From sequence record PQ382034.1: a DNA stretch of 64,000 nucleotides. One strand, written 5' to 3'. The position numbers and the translations under genes were made by a program. Shown in pieces: positions 39,234 through 48,632 of this stretch. The notes beneath the pieces are model-generated. The model did no database searches, had not been told where the DNA came from, and worked only from the letters and a program-made list of their open reading frames with translations. Position 1 is the stretch's first letter, and each line of letters begins with the position of its first letter. Source of the stretch: Acinetobacter phage vB_AbaSI_3.

Positions 39234-39756
39234 GTAATTCGATTAATTGAGCGGCTTCTTCAAGATCAAGATTGCTAAATAGTGCATGGCGTGGTGAAGT
39301 TGACTGGCGAGCTTCTCGTTCAGCGAGTTGAACAATTTCGTCAAACGTTAAATCTTTATGTGTTACTCCGAGGCGAATTTTAGGAGTTGCTCCACAAATA
39401 ATATAGAACTTTGACCCGTTTAAATGAACATTAGGCTGTGTTTCATTGATGAACACATGTGCATTCTTAAGGCGGTCTTCAAAGAAGCGTTTAGTTTCAC
39501 GAATGTTATCATTCAGCATTAATGAGTCATGGAATTTTTTACGTTCCTTTTTATCGGCTAGAGCTTGACGTTTCAGGACCTCTTTACGCAAGTCTGAAAA
39601 ATAACCAACTCGTTTCCCATTTTTCAGCACACTGCACCAGTCTTTGTCATCTCCAAACATTTCAACTAAAACTTCTGGCGTTAATGTGTGTACTGTATGT
39701 TTCATAATATTCTCCTCATATGCGATATTTGATATGACTATTATACCAATAGCCAT
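39220..39756 (-). CDS. Hypothetical 178-aa protein (T4 alc position; no similarity I can verify)
   Basis: ORF. Confidence 0.45.
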   Translation of the reverse strand: MAIGIIVISNIAYEENIMKHTVHTLTPEVLVEMFGDDKDWCSVLKNGKRVGYFSDLRKEVLKRQALADKKERKKFHDSLMLNDNIRETKRFFEDRLKNAHVFINETQPNVHLNGSKFYIICGATPKIRLGVTHKDLTFDEIVQLAEREARQSTSPRHALFSNLDLEEAAQLIELLAGN

Positions 39757-39768
39757 ATCAAATGTAAA

Positions 39769-40005
39769 CTACTTTATCCAAAAATTTATTGCAATTTTCT
39801 CAAAGCCATTAAACTTCAAATTTTTGCATTGGCGTATGATTGGCAACGGATTTTTAATACGATTGAGTTCATTTGAAACTCTATAAAATTCCATTGTCTT
39901 GCAAAAGACCTCATATTTGAGCTTTCTGATAAGTGCACGTTGCCTATTTACTCGCTTCATATAAAAGATTAATGCAACAACAAGTAGTATTACTAGGCCA
40001 AGCAT
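39769..40005 (-). CDS. Small membrane-anchored basic protein (N-terminal TM helix)
   Basis: MLGLVILLVVALIFYM followed by a K/R-rich segment. Confidence 0.4.
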   Translation of the reverse strand: MLGLVILLVVALIFYMKRVNRQRALIRKLKYEVFCKTMEFYRVSNELNRIKNPLPIIRQCKNLKFNGFEKIAINFWIK

Positions 40006-40006
40006 A

Positions 40007-41152
40007 TTAATTACCTGAGAACTCTGGGTCTTTGAATCGGTCGCAGTTCTTTAAAAACACCTTATTGATCTCTTTAACTAGATCATCTTGTGACATGTTA
40101 CCAGCAAATTGTTGCATAGAGATTCCAAATAATTCGGGCTTGGCAAGTGAGTGGAAATATGCTTGAGATGTGATTGCATAGGTTTTACGATCTGAGCCTG
40201 CATGAATTTTATTAAATGAATTAAGTTCCTGCAATGACTCGCGTAAGTAATCAAAGAAGATTTTCTCATATGTCTCTATTTTATTTCGAGAGTAATCATC
40301 TTCAAATAATGATTTCAAATCATCTGAACCGCCATCGACAATTACTGCAAATAAGTCTTTATTATTGTTGATGGTATCCTTTACACGGTGTAGATTAGAG
40401 TACCAAGCAGTCTTGAGCTTGAATGTCAATCCATCTTCCATCACGAATACATAACCTTCAATGTCTTCTGATGCACGAATCTCTTCTACCATCGCTGAAC
40501 GATCGACTGTATCTGATAAAGGAAAGCTTTCAACAACATAACGACGAAGAATTGGATCACGAATCAATTCACTGTATGGCACATATTCGCCAGTTTCATT
40601 ATTTCGTACATTGAGCAAGATGAGTGCACGTTCAGGATATGCAATAACAATACGGTTGCCAGGTGAAACATACTCAAAGTTGCAAGTGAAGCCTTCATTT
40701 GCTAGCTCAAGACAACGATTATGTAAATCAACATGGTCAATGTTAGATAATAACATTTGAGCTTCAATTGCTTGTGTAGAGAAAATCGATGTCTTAGATT
40801 TAGTACGTAAATATCCTTTGTCAACATATGTAGAGATTAATGAACCATCAGCTTTGACCATGCCGTATGCAATTTTGTTTAAATCTAAGTTCTGAGTAAA
40901 TGGTGTTTCATCTAAATTAAAGAACTTCTGCATTGGCCGTGCCATAATACAGACCGGTTTGTCGCCATCCATTTCGAACATTATACCACGACACTCTAAA
41001 GCATCATCTTGTAACCAATCAGTGTATGACGCATAGTTGTATGAAAAAATACGGACTTGAGTACCCATATTAGTAGTAAAATCTTTGTAAAAAAATTTTG
41101 AGAAATCATTTGGGTCTACTAACGCCATAAGATTTTCGAAAAGTTGTTCCAT
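40007..41152 (-). CDS. rnlA: RNA ligase 1
   Basis: Nucleotidyltransferase motif I MVKADGSLIS. Size 381 aa vs T4's 374 aa. Confidence 0.85.
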   Translation of the reverse strand: MEQLFENLMALVDPNDFSKFFYKDFTTNMGTQVRIFSYNYASYTDWLQDDALECRGIMFEMDGDKPVCIMARPMQKFFNLDETPFTQNLDLNKIAYGMVKADGSLISTYVDKGYLRTKSKTSIFSTQAIEAQMLLSNIDHVDLHNRCLELANEGFTCNFEYVSPGNRIVIAYPERALILLNVRNNETGEYVPYSELIRDPILRRYVVESFPLSDTVDRSAMVEEIRASEDIEGYVFVMEDGLTFKLKTAWYSNLHRVKDTINNNKDLFAVIVDGGSDDLKSLFEDDYSRNKIETYEKIFFDYLRESLQELNSFNKIHAGSDRKTYAITSQAYFHSLAKPELFGISMQQFAGNMSQDDLVKEINKVFLKNCDRFKDPEFSGN

Positions 41153-41458
41153 GGTAATCTCCTAATTTATAGAACTCATTATAAACAACAATTGTTATAG
41201 CACATTCTGTTGTAAGTGGCAAGCCACGTTTCTGTTTTCTTTAGACAAAAAGAAAGGAGCATATCAGCTCCTCAAAATCCATCAGCATCATCAGTCAGAC
41301 TGGTCCGGTCCCCGGACCAGATAACCAACGTTAATAACAAATAACGTTGTTATTTATAACTTTTTTTCGATTGACTTCCAAATCGAATCTCAAATATCAA
41401 TAACTTATAAAGGTTCGGTTACAAAAATATCTAAAAAATTGTAACCGAATTTTAATAA
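41153..41458. other. 300-bp non-coding, hairpin-rich spacer between nrdB and rnlA (the slot where T4 has denA)
   Basis: Contains a 9-bp GC hairpin ctggtccgg-tcc-ccggaccag, a 10-bp stem ttcggttaca..tgtaaccgaa, ttcgatt..aatcgaa, and, on the - strand, a terminator-like aggagc-tgatat-gctcct + TTCTTTTT followed by TTTATAAT/TATAAATT and an AGGAG SD for rnlA. Confidence 0.5.
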
Positions 41459-42610
41459 TTATTTACGTTTTAGCAAATACTTATCACGGAATTGAGCAAT
41501 AACATTATCATCAACATCATTGTCAATTTGAGAGATTAAGTATGAACTTAATTCTGCTTCTTGTTTAGCAACTTGAACTGAAGATGCTTTTAAGTATTTG
41601 TTGATCCATGGAAGTGGGTGCCGTTTAGGGCGTTCAATTGGGCACGTTAAACCGACGTTATTCATTGACGGTACTAATTGATAATCAATGAAGTCCCAAA
41701 CTAATTCAACTGTCAAGCCATCTGGGCACCCATTACGATAAACATATGAAGCCCAAGCACGTTCTTGTGCACGAACTTCCATGAATAATTCTTCGGCTTC
41801 TTCTTTACATTCAAGCGCAATTTCACGCCATTCTGTGCCATCGATGCCTTTATTCATTTGTTGAAGAATATAACGTGTACCTTGGTGGTGCAAGTTCTCA
41901 TCTCGTGCAATGAATTGCATGATTTTCATGTTACCTTCCATGATTTTCATATTTTCAAAGAAGTTCCATGTAGAGATGAATGACACATAAAAACGAATAG
42001 CTTCTAAAGCATTAATTGCATGTAAACACATATACAATGCTTTTTTAACTTCACGTAATTGTTCTTCGGTTTCGACACCACGAATTTTGTCAGCTTGATA
42101 TAAAATTACTAATTCATGTAATTTGTCATATCGTTCACAAATCGCTGTAGCACGAGCCATAATTTCTTTATTGGCAACAACACCGTCAAAGATTTTAGAA
42201 GGATCAGAGTACAAATTACGAATAATATGAGTATATGAACGAGAATGAATTGTTTCACTAAACGTCCAAGTCATAATCCATGTTTCTAATGCAACATCAG
42301 AACAGATTGATGCTAAAACAATCGCAGGTGCTCTTCCTTGTACCGAATCCATAAGGATTTGATAACCTAAATTGTTTGTAAAGATTTCTTGCAGGTAACC
42401 TCTGCCAGTCTCCCAGAGTTTATCAAATTGCGCTTTGTCAGTGGTTAGATTTACCTCTTCAGGGCGCCAGAAAAATGAGAGTTGCTTTGTGGTTAGCTCT
42501 TCAAATTTTTCATGTTTAACTTCTTCGTAACGTGCTACGCCAGTGTCTTCGCCAAAGAACATCGGCTGAATCATATGATTTGCTAATTGGTTAAAAACAG
42601 TATTGCTCAT
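41459..42610 (-). CDS. nrdB: Ribonucleotide reductase small subunit (class Ia R2), intron-less
   Basis: Ferritin-like di-iron motifs (E..H pairs: SETIHSRSY, ..EGN..) and radical Tyr context. 383 aa, continuous ORF. Confidence 0.9.
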   Translation of the reverse strand: MSNTVFNQLANHMIQPMFFGEDTGVARYEEVKHEKFEELTTKQLSFFWRPEEVNLTTDKAQFDKLWETGRGYLQEIFTNNLGYQILMDSVQGRAPAIVLASICSDVALETWIMTWTFSETIHSRSYTHIIRNLYSDPSKIFDGVVANKEIMARATAICERYDKLHELVILYQADKIRGVETEEQLREVKKALYMCLHAINALEAIRFYVSFISTWNFFENMKIMEGNMKIMQFIARDENLHHQGTRYILQQMNKGIDGTEWREIALECKEEAEELFMEVRAQERAWASYVYRNGCPDGLTVELVWDFIDYQLVPSMNNVGLTCPIERPKRHPLPWINKYLKASSVQVAKQEAELSSYLISQIDNDVDDNVIAQFRDKYLLKRK

Positions 42611-42669
42611 TTAAAATTCCTTGAATATGTGGACCTCGTAAGAGGTCCAGGTTAATATCATATCACAAA

Positions 42670-45081
42670 TTATAGTTTGCAAGCATCACAATCGGCTTGA
42701 GATGCATCGTCAGCACCAGAACCATCATCAGTGTTGTGATAGTACATATTCTTGTTACCGTAGTAGAAACAGAATAACATATCGTCCATCATTTGTGACA
42801 TAGGAACTTTAGCATTTTTATAGCTATTAGGTGCATAATAAGTATTGATAGAAATAGCTTGGTCAGTCCATTTCTGTTCAATAGCCATTTGAGTTAAATA
42901 GCCTTTGTTGCCATGAGTAGCAGCAGATTGCCATGCAAAGTCATAGAATAATTGATTAACTTCATAGTTAGGAACTACTTGGTTAAATGAACCATCTTTT
43001 GACTGTTTGTATGAGACGGGTTTTAATGGCTTCTCAACTCCGTTTGTTGAGTTAGATACTTGAGATGATGATTCACAAGGCATTTGAGCCGACAATGTAA
43101 CGTTTCGCATGCCGAATTTTTTAAGATCATCTCGTAATGCTTCCCAATCAAGAACATAAACCGGAGCTACTAGTTCATCAACATTTTTACAGTACCAATC
43201 AATAGGTAATTCACCACGCCCATATCTTGTTTTCCAAAGCTGCGGCGAAGGGCCTTTTTCTTTGGCTAACTCAATCGATGCTTTGATTAGAGCATATTGT
43301 AAGCGTTCAAACAATTCATGCGTAAGTTCATTGCCATCTTCATATGAAGCTGCATTTGAAGCTAACCATGCTGCGTAGTTTGTAACACCGATACCTAGTG
43401 AACGGTATTCTTTTGCTTTAAGTGCATTTTTATGCGGGTAGTCCTGATAGTCTAGCAAGTTATCAAGAGCACGTACCATTACCATGCCGATACGGTTGAT
43501 TTCATCTTGATTTTTCCAATCAAAATTGTCAAGTACCCATGCACTTAATGTACATAAAGCAATTTCACCAAGATCTTCTTCAACATTAAAAGCATATTCA
43601 TTTTCGGTTGGTATGTAATCATCCGAAACACGTTTGAATAGATTTTCAACTGTAGGCAATACAACTCGGTTAGTGCCATAAGTTTCAATAAACTTAATGA
43701 TGTCTCCTTTCGCTACTGCCAAACGTTGCTCTTTATATGTTCCTAAAGCAACAGTATGTAGAGCAATTTCTGCACAAAGGTTTGACATCTTAACTGGAGC
43801 GATGCTACGAATCCACGGCCCAAAGTTGTTTATATTGTCTACATGTGAAGGATATAAACGAGCGGTGTTTGCACGTTCAGTCATGAATAAGCCCATGAAC
43901 AATTCAGATGCTTTGATACGTTTTTTGCGAACTGATGGATCTTTTTCTAGATTTTCATAGAGTTCACGGAAAAGTTCTTCGTCTCTGAAATATGCATCGT
44001 ATAGTTTGCCATCTAATATATCCGGGCTAAACAATGTAACATAATCATTAAGCAAATAACGTTCAATCATCAAATTGTTGATTTGAATGCCATAGTCCAT
44101 GTGGCGAATACGATTCTCTTCGATACCTTTGTTGTTCTTAAGAACCATAAGGTTTTCACATTCTAAGTGCCAAATAGGCCAGTATGCGGTAGCAGACCCT
44201 TTACGAATACCGCCTTGAGAACATGAATGGACTGCTGCATTCTTGAGTTTCCAGAACGGTGTAACACCAGTATGTTTGACTTCACCTGGTCCAATTTTAG
44301 AACCTTCAGCTCGAATTGCACCACCGCCGATACCAATGCCAGCACGTTTAGAAACATACTTAACAATAGCAGATGTACTTTCAGTAATTGAATCTAGGCT
44401 ATCACCTGTTTCAATCAATACACATGAACTAAATTGGCGTGTAGGAGTACGAACACCTGCAAGGATAGGAGTCGGCAAACTAATTTGTTTAAGTGATGCG
44501 GCATCATAAAAATCTTTGATGTATTGCAAACGTACTGAAGGCTTTTCTTCTTGGTGCAAACACATCCCGATGAGCATGTAAACAAATTGTGGAGTTTCAT
44601 AGATTTTGCCAGATGAACGATCTTTTACAAGATACTTGTCTTTCATCTGCATTGTACCGGCATACGTGAAATTAAAGTCACGATCATGATCAATCATTGC
44701 ATTTAATTGTTCATATTCAACTCGAGAATATTTTGACAATAGTTCTTGATCATATACACCTAAATCAATTTTGTTGACGACATGTTCATACAAGTGAGGT
44801 GGATCAAATTGCCCATAAACATCTTTGCGTAACCCAAACATTGCAAGATTAGAAGCAACATATTGATAATCAGATTCTTCAATTTGAATAGAATCTGCTG
44901 CAACTTTTACGATAGCCCGTTGGATTTCGGATGTAGTCATCCCGTCTTTAAAGAATGGTTGGCAGCGCTCGTATAATTCATACGGGTTGATTTGAGTACC
45001 TTCACAAGACCATTCCAAAACTTGAATAATTTTGGCTTGATCGAATTCTTGTGCAATACCACTTGATTTGATAACTTTCAT
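42670..45081 (-). CDS. nrdA: Ribonucleotide reductase large subunit (class Ia R1)
   Basis: 803 aa with an ATP-cone N-terminus and catalytic-site motifs (..NLCAEI..). Confidence 0.95.
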   Translation of the reverse strand: MKVIKSSGIAQEFDQAKIIQVLEWSCEGTQINPYELYERCQPFFKDGMTTSEIQRAIVKVAADSIQIEESDYQYVASNLAMFGLRKDVYGQFDPPHLYEHVVNKIDLGVYDQELLSKYSRVEYEQLNAMIDHDRDFNFTYAGTMQMKDKYLVKDRSSGKIYETPQFVYMLIGMCLHQEEKPSVRLQYIKDFYDAASLKQISLPTPILAGVRTPTRQFSSCVLIETGDSLDSITESTSAIVKYVSKRAGIGIGGGAIRAEGSKIGPGEVKHTGVTPFWKLKNAAVHSCSQGGIRKGSATAYWPIWHLECENLMVLKNNKGIEENRIRHMDYGIQINNLMIERYLLNDYVTLFSPDILDGKLYDAYFRDEELFRELYENLEKDPSVRKKRIKASELFMGLFMTERANTARLYPSHVDNINNFGPWIRSIAPVKMSNLCAEIALHTVALGTYKEQRLAVAKGDIIKFIETYGTNRVVLPTVENLFKRVSDDYIPTENEYAFNVEEDLGEIALCTLSAWVLDNFDWKNQDEINRIGMVMVRALDNLLDYQDYPHKNALKAKEYRSLGIGVTNYAAWLASNAASYEDGNELTHELFERLQYALIKASIELAKEKGPSPQLWKTRYGRGELPIDWYCKNVDELVAPVYVLDWEALRDDLKKFGMRNVTLSAQMPCESSSQVSNSTNGVEKPLKPVSYKQSKDGSFNQVVPNYEVNQLFYDFAWQSAATHGNKGYLTQMAIEQKWTDQAISINTYYAPNSYKNAKVPMSQMMDDMLFCFYYGNKNMYYHNTDDGSGADDASQADCDACKL

Positions 45082-45407
45082 AAATCCTCTATACTAAATT
45101 CATCTTTAAACAATTTGTTGACTATCGTCGCAATGTAATCACCATGACACGGTTTTGGCTTACAAGTGCATCCTAATCGCTGTCCTCTTAAAACTTCTAA
45201 GTGGTTACGAGTTATTTTACCACTTCGTATTTGATTAGCAAAATATTCTTTGAACAACGGGATTGCTTGATCGCCATACTCTTTTGTCGAGTAGGGATTT
45301 CCCCAGATTGTGCCTCTTGCTATATTAACATCATACTCGGATGAATATTTATTAACAACTCTACAGACTTCGGAGCTTCTCCAAAGTCTGGTTTCATCAG
45401 AAATCAT
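45078..45407 (-). CDS. DUF4326-like small Zn-binding protein (WGNPY ... LGCTCKPKPCHGD)
   Basis: Motifs recalled for the DUF4326 family (GNPF/Y, C.C.P..CHGD). ATGA overlaps on both sides. Confidence 0.45.
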   Translation of the reverse strand: MISDETRLWRSSEVCRVVNKYSSEYDVNIARGTIWGNPYSTKEYGDQAIPLFKEYFANQIRSGKITRNHLEVLRGQRLGCTCKPKPCHGDYIATIVNKLFKDEFSIEDL

Positions 45408-45568
45408 TTCATTTTATCTCTGGCTTCAGTGAACTCAATCAAGAAATAAACTGTTGCAGCTACGAAGAAACCAATAAGTGCTAAAGTGTTACTTCCGTGA
45501 GTTGCGATGTATACTAATGCAGCTATTGCTCCTGCAATAGGGAGTCCTAAAAACCAGAACTCACTCAT
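45404..45568 (-). CDS. Small hydrophobic membrane protein (track ORF extends to 45664, but that overlaps the td 3' end by 80 nt)
   Basis: Two predicted TM segments (FWFLGLPIAGAIAALVYIA / LALIGFFVAATVYFLI). Confidence 0.3.
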   Translation of the reverse strand: MSEFWFLGLPIAGAIAALVYIATHGSNTLALIGFFVAATVYFLIEFTEARDKMK

Positions 45569-45584
45569 TGCAAGAAATAAAGCT

Positions 45585-46532
45585 TTAAACTGCCATAGGT
45601 GCTTTAATTGCTTCATGATGTTTATATCCAATAAGATTAAAGTCGTGAACTGTAGCAGTTTCAAAATCCTTTAATGTTTTAAGATTTGGGTTGATCGTAA
45701 GAATTGACAATGGATATTCATCACGAGCTAATTGTTCTTTAACTTGCTCTATATGATTTTTGTAAATGTGAACATCGCCAAATTGCCCTGTCAAATATCG
45801 TGGAGTTTTTCCGAGAATTTGTCCAAGAATACACAATAGAGTTGCATATGATGCAATATTAAATGGGCAACCCAAGAAGACGTCGAGACTTCTCTGCGAC
45901 CAGATCATATCAATATAATCACCTGAAATATTGATTTGGAACCCAACATGACATGGCGGCAAAATGGGTTTGTCGATATCATATTCTTCAGTGTCAGATT
46001 TAACATCATGTTCCCAAATTAACTGTGGGTTCCATGCATAAACTAACAAACGACGAGAACCAGGATTTGTTTGGGCTTCTTTGATCATTTCAGCGAGCTG
46101 ATCGACTTTAGGCAAGTTATGGTAATATGTGCCACCAAAATCTTGCTCAACATAAACACCATTTAGCCCATAACGTCGCCATTGGGTTCCATAAATGAGG
46201 CCACAATATCCATCTTTATACCCAAGTTGCTTGCCTTGAACATTGTAGTTGTCATCCCAAATAGTTTTCTTTTCAGTGTTGAATCGATTTTCTTCACCAT
46301 GTGTCAATGCACGAAGATCATTGAGATTATCTGAACCGCGAATAAACCAAAGTAATTCTGCGATCATGGCTTTAAATGCAAGCTTTTTAGTTGTAACCGC
46401 TGGAAATCCTTTACGCATGTCAAATTTAATTTGTTCGCCAAACAAAGCTATAGTACCGACGCCTGTTCGTTCATTTGTAACTTCTTCGCCTTCATCAAGG
46501 ACTTTTTGCAATAAATCGTGATATGCTTTCAT
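45585..46532 (-). CDS. td: Thymidylate synthase, intron-less
   Basis: ThyA motifs: FPAVTTKK, catalytic LPPCH, DMIWSQRSLD...GCPFNIASYA. Confidence 0.9.
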   Translation of the reverse strand: MKAYHDLLQKVLDEGEEVTNERTGVGTIALFGEQIKFDMRKGFPAVTTKKLAFKAMIAELLWFIRGSDNLNDLRALTHGEENRFNTEKKTIWDDNYNVQGKQLGYKDGYCGLIYGTQWRRYGLNGVYVEQDFGGTYYHNLPKVDQLAEMIKEAQTNPGSRRLLVYAWNPQLIWEHDVKSDTEEYDIDKPILPPCHVGFQINISGDYIDMIWSQRSLDVFLGCPFNIASYATLLCILGQILGKTPRYLTGQFGDVHIYKNHIEQVKEQLARDEYPLSILTINPNLKTLKDFETATVHDFNLIGYKHHEAIKAPMAV

Positions 46533-46572
46533 ATGATCTCCTTCCTAATATGTCAATTATATACTAGAACGC

Positions 46573-46809
46573 TTATAAGCATTCTAGCAGGTCTAAACCA
46601 TTTATAAGTGATGTTTGATTGATCACTGCTTGATCCATCGTAGACATATTAGTTACAATGTACCACGGTGTTGTAGATTTGTATGGATGCTTGCCGACCT
46701 TGTGTGAGATTTTAATTTGATCTCCTCGTCGAACATCTTCGAAAAATTTAGCTTTGGTTTTACGCTTAATTTTAACTACCGTAATAGTTTTGCTTAATTC
46801 AAAATCCAT
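46573..46809 (-). CDS. Hypothetical 78-aa protein
   Basis: ORF. Confidence 0.35.
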   Translation of the reverse strand: MDFELSKTITVVKIKRKTKAKFFEDVRRGDQIKISHKVGKHPYKSTTPWYIVTNMSTMDQAVINQTSLINGLDLLECL

Positions 46810-47345
46810 GGCTTTAACTCATTGTTAATTAATACATTTTCGGTAATTGAAGTTGTTTCATCGATTCGATACCAATGGCGTTCTACTTGTTCACCATAAT
46901 ACCAAATATCGTTGATGAATTCTTCATCCAGTGTTTGTGTTACTTCTGTACCTTGCATACGATCATATGAAATATCTGTATGAATAATTCGTGAAGCATA
47001 CGGGATAGCCTGTTTAAGCAATGCAACTCCACCAATCACCGAGTAATGTTGCTCGCTATTTTTCCAGAGCTCTAATTCTTCCTCTAGATTGTCAGGTGAC
47101 ACATAATAGTCGGCCAATGATCCATTTTTGCATTTAGGCAAAGGGCGCGTGTTATCACTAACAACAATGTGCTTACGATCTGGCAGTGGAGCACGTAATG
47201 ATTGGAATGTCTTTGCTCCCATGACTAACGTAGTGCCTAGTGTTCGCGCTTTAAAATTTTTAAAGTCTTGAGTAATGCGTGGCCATGGCATCCCATCATG
47301 AGAACCAAATTCATTTCGAGCGTGAGCAAATACTAATTGAATCAT
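46794..47345 (-). CDS. frd: Dihydrofolate reductase
   Basis: MIQLVFAHARNEFGSHDGMPW...FKNFKARTLGTTLVMGAKTFQSL matches the T4 Frd N-terminus (MIKLVF...GLPW..FKARTEG..MGAKTFQSL). Start trimmed to Met 47345. Confidence 0.85.
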   Translation of the reverse strand: MIQLVFAHARNEFGSHDGMPWPRITQDFKNFKARTLGTTLVMGAKTFQSLRAPLPDRKHIVVSDNTRPLPKCKNGSLADYYVSPDNLEEELELWKNSEQHYSVIGGVALLKQAIPYASRIIHTDISYDRMQGTEVTQTLDEEFINDIWYYGEQVERHWYRIDETTSITENVLINNELKPWILN

Positions 47346-47347
47346 TT

Positions 47348-47659
47348 TTACATATCCACTAAAGTGATGTATCCACGTTTCTCTTCGATATGAGAAAAGA
47401 AACACCATACCAAATCGCTAATAGGACAATCTTCGATATGGTAATACTCATTAGTTGCCATATCGACAATAGCTATAGCGTCAGCTTTGCCAAAGTTCTC
47501 TTCAACTTCTACAATTTTGAATTTTGCGCCTGGCTTAAAAATTGGCATGCGTTCACAGATTTCTGGGTTGCCTTTAATTTTAGTCCAGGCTTCAGTGACT
47601 TCGTAAATATTTCCGACTTCAATCATTAGAGGAACTTCCGAGATAAGTGTACATGGCAT
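47348..47659 (-). CDS. Hypothetical 103-aa protein (frd.x block)
   Basis: ORF. Confidence 0.4.
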   Translation of the reverse strand: MPCTLISEVPLMIEVGNIYEVTEAWTKIKGNPEICERMPIFKPGAKFKIVEVEENFGKADAIAIVDMATNEYYHIEDCPISDLVWCFFSHIEEKRGYITLVDM

Positions 47660-47982
47660 GGAGTCAAATTCGATCCACGTTTCTTTATGGTGACTTTAGC
47701 ATACTTTTCACTAAATTCACATGTGGTGTATTCACAAGAATATTTCTTGTTAAAATTATGTCCTTTAATTTTTGGGAACATTTTAATGCACCATAAAACT
47801 TTCAAAGACTTAGGCACTAACTTCAGTAAAATAAATTTGCGAATTACGCCATGATTAAGTGCTAATTGGAATTCTTCGAACCATCTAACACAGTCTTTGT
47901 ACAATTCATCTTTAACTGTCGGAAGTACCGTAGGGCGCATTGACGTGATTGCATCATTAATAGCTTTTTCATGTTCGTTCAT
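47626..47982 (-). CDS. Hypothetical 118-aa protein
   Basis: ORF. Confidence 0.4.
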   Translation of the reverse strand: MNEHEKAINDAITSMRPTVLPTVKDELYKDCVRWFEEFQLALNHGVIRKFILLKLVPKSLKVLWCIKMFPKIKGHNFNKKYSCEYTTCEFSEKYAKVTIKKRGSNLTPCHVHLSRKFL

Positions 47983-48398
47983 GATAATTCCTTCATATTC
48001 AAGTTGTTAAAACTATTATAACATGTTTGAAGTTCATTGTAAACTAATTTATCAAAATCTTTTAATAAATTTTCGACCTTAAATTTTGCTACAACTTGTA
48101 TGGTGTGCAAGGGCTGTTTAGAACGCCGAAGCATCAACTCATGATTTGACACTCTACTAAATGCCCACAAATCATTTAACGTCCTATCATATGCTACAAC
48201 GTCATATACTACTAGATAATCATATCTCCCTGGAGCAAACTTAGAATTATTAAACATGCCATCTGCAACACGTTTTAAGAAATCTAAATTGTCTGTGAAC
48301 CATTTGAAGTTTCCACGCCACGCCAAAGGGAATTCCTCCGAAACCGCGTCAAATTCTTCTTTACACATCAGCCTATACAAGCGCATCAAAGCCTCCAA
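47979..48398 (-). CDS. Hypothetical 139-aa protein
   Basis: ORF; ATGA overlap. Confidence 0.4.
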   Translation of the reverse strand: MEALMRLYRLMCKEEFDAVSEEFPLAWRGNFKWFTDNLDFLKRVADGMFNNSKFAPGRYDYLVVYDVVAYDRTLNDLWAFSRVSNHELMLRRSKQPLHTIQVVAKFKVENLLKDFDKLVYNELQTCYNSFNNLNMKELS

Positions 48399-48561
48399 AA
48401 TAAGCCCTCACACTGTTATCATTATTAAGGTACGATAAATCTACATTAAAATCACGGACAATTAATTCATTATTACGTAGGACGTCTCTGAGAACTTTTA
48501 GACCTGTTATTTGAATAAACATAGTTTTCTCGCTTTTGAGTATAGATCCTATTATATACAA
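48373..48561 (-). CDS. Possible 62-aa ORF
   Basis: ORF only. Confidence 0.25.
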   Translation of the reverse strand: MYIIGSILKSEKTMFIQITGLKVLRDVLRNNELIVRDFNVDLSYLNNDNSVRAYFGGFDALV

Positions 48562-48595
48562 AAACCTTTGATACGTAAATAGCGTGCAACAAAAA

Positions 48596-48625
48596 AGAGA
48601 GCCGAAGCTCTCTTAAATTATTTGT
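48596..48625 (-). terminator. - strand terminator downstream of gp32: agagagc-ttcg-gctctct (UUCG loop) + T6
   Basis: On the - strand the hairpin is followed by TTTTTT; it lies 8 nt after the gp32 stop. Confidence 0.55.
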
Positions 48626-48632
48626 TTAGAAA

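Noticed and set aside
39220-39756. Calling the 178-aa ORF upstream of rnlA Alc, and the 90-aa ORF next to gp31 RIII
   Set aside because: The positional analogy to T4 holds, but I cannot verify sequence similarity from memory. Left unnamed.
41153-41458. tRNA gene or CRISPR array in the large non-coding gaps (41153-41458, 20861-20935, 21268-21472, 52288-52473, 62627-62920)
   Set aside because: No cloverleaf-compatible sequence (no GTTCRANYC T-loop with matching acceptor stem) and no spaced direct repeats. The only repeat is the two-copy promoter/leader element, with copies 31 kb apart.
45585-46532. Group I introns or inserted homing endonucleases in td, nrdB and nrdA, as in T4
   Set aside because: All three are single continuous ORFs collinear with uninterrupted homologs. 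No internal stops or intron-like structured gaps.
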